64,000 nucleotides of DNA from Nemertoderma westbladi. Its lineage: Eukaryota; Animalia; Xenacoelomorpha. Made by a program: the position numbers and the translations under genes. Positions 63,507-64,000 of this stretch are shown in pieces. The notes below the pieces were generated by a model. The model saw only the letters and a list, made by a program, of their open reading frames with translations, did not search any database and was not told the origin of the DNA. Location of the stretch: the NCBI GenBank assembly GCA_032718475.1, contig JAUCBJ010001841.1, positions 1 to 64,000 on the forward strand, read 5' to 3'. Within the stretch, counting starts at the first letter, position 1; every line of letters starts with the position of its first letter.

Positions 63507-64000
63507 ATGGATTTCCATGAAACCAACAAAGATCCTTTACCGGTAGGTCCACCGCCAACAGTCCCCCACCTCCCAAGCTTATACGACTCGGAAGAAGAAG
63601 TTCTCACATTCAGCCGAAACGCCTTTCAAATCCAGGATCACGATATACGGGATGTAGTAATCTGGGCGGATTATTTCAATAAATTGATTCAGTTCCAATA
63701 CGCCAATAATCCGAGTAAGAAGAATCGTTATGATACACTCATTAGTAGATACCAAATGTTACTGAATAATATCGAGAAATTTAAACTTTTTAAAGACAAA
63801 CCTAATAATAACAACACCGATAATCGTTTGCCTGTCTCTTATAATAAATATAATTCTACTGAATCTGAAAGTAATAATAGGCATAAATACTCCAATAATT
63901 CCACTGAAGGACAATCTGGTTTACAACATAGAATATCGGTACCTGAGGACACAAATCGATTAGGATCCATATCTCCGATTCAGTCATATAACACAAACAC
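63507..64000 (+). CDS. Unidentified ORF open to the window edge (at least 164 codons), possibly a retroelement ORF1/gag
   Basis: ATG at 63507 reads MDFHETNKDPLPVGPPPTVPHLPSLYDSEEEVLTFSRNAFQIQDHDIRDVVIWADYFNKLIQF... with no stop before 64000. Absent from the ORF track because it has no stop codon. Confidence 0.45.
   Translation, partial: MDFHETNKDPLPVGPPPTVPHLPSLYDSEEEVLTFSRNAFQIQDHDIRDVVIWADYFNKLIQFQYANNPSKKNRYDTLISRYQMLLNNIEKFKLFKDKPNNNNTDNRLPVSYNKYNSTESESNNRHKYSNNSTEGQSGLQHRISVPEDTNRLGSISPIQSYNTN

Overview
AT-rich, repeat-dense window from an invertebrate animal genome. From left to right: (1) the 3' exons of a gene encoding LDL-receptor class A (LDLa) modules interrupted by a ~950-aa PQPRPE repeat (134-4452). 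(2) A ~23.8-kb 15-bp satellite with nested higher-order repeats (4756-28531). (3) An intronless, GC-rich voltage-gated Ca2+ channel beta-subunit gene on the minus strand (31519-33318). (4) A cluster of MITEs and decayed DNA transposons, LINEs and SINEs (33.7-43 kb). (5) A young 13.1-kb BEL/Pao LTR retrotransposon on the minus strand (43164-56285, TSD GGGCT), inserted into an old CR1-like LINE. It has an intact giant Gag, a deleted RT/RNaseH/integrase core, an unknown accessory ORF in the env position, a duplicated covarying RNA hairpin and a rearranged 5' end. It has no tRNA primer-binding site; instead its PBS position is complementary to its own LTR, suggesting Tf1-like self-priming. (6) A two-exon MPPED-family metallophosphoesterase, flanked by two palindromic tRNA-like (Pol III) elements, one of which carries a hammerhead ribozyme between its A and B boxes. 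(7) A hAT MITE, a LINE 3' remnant and an unidentified ORF running off the right edge. All calls were made by eye; no database search or folding program was run.
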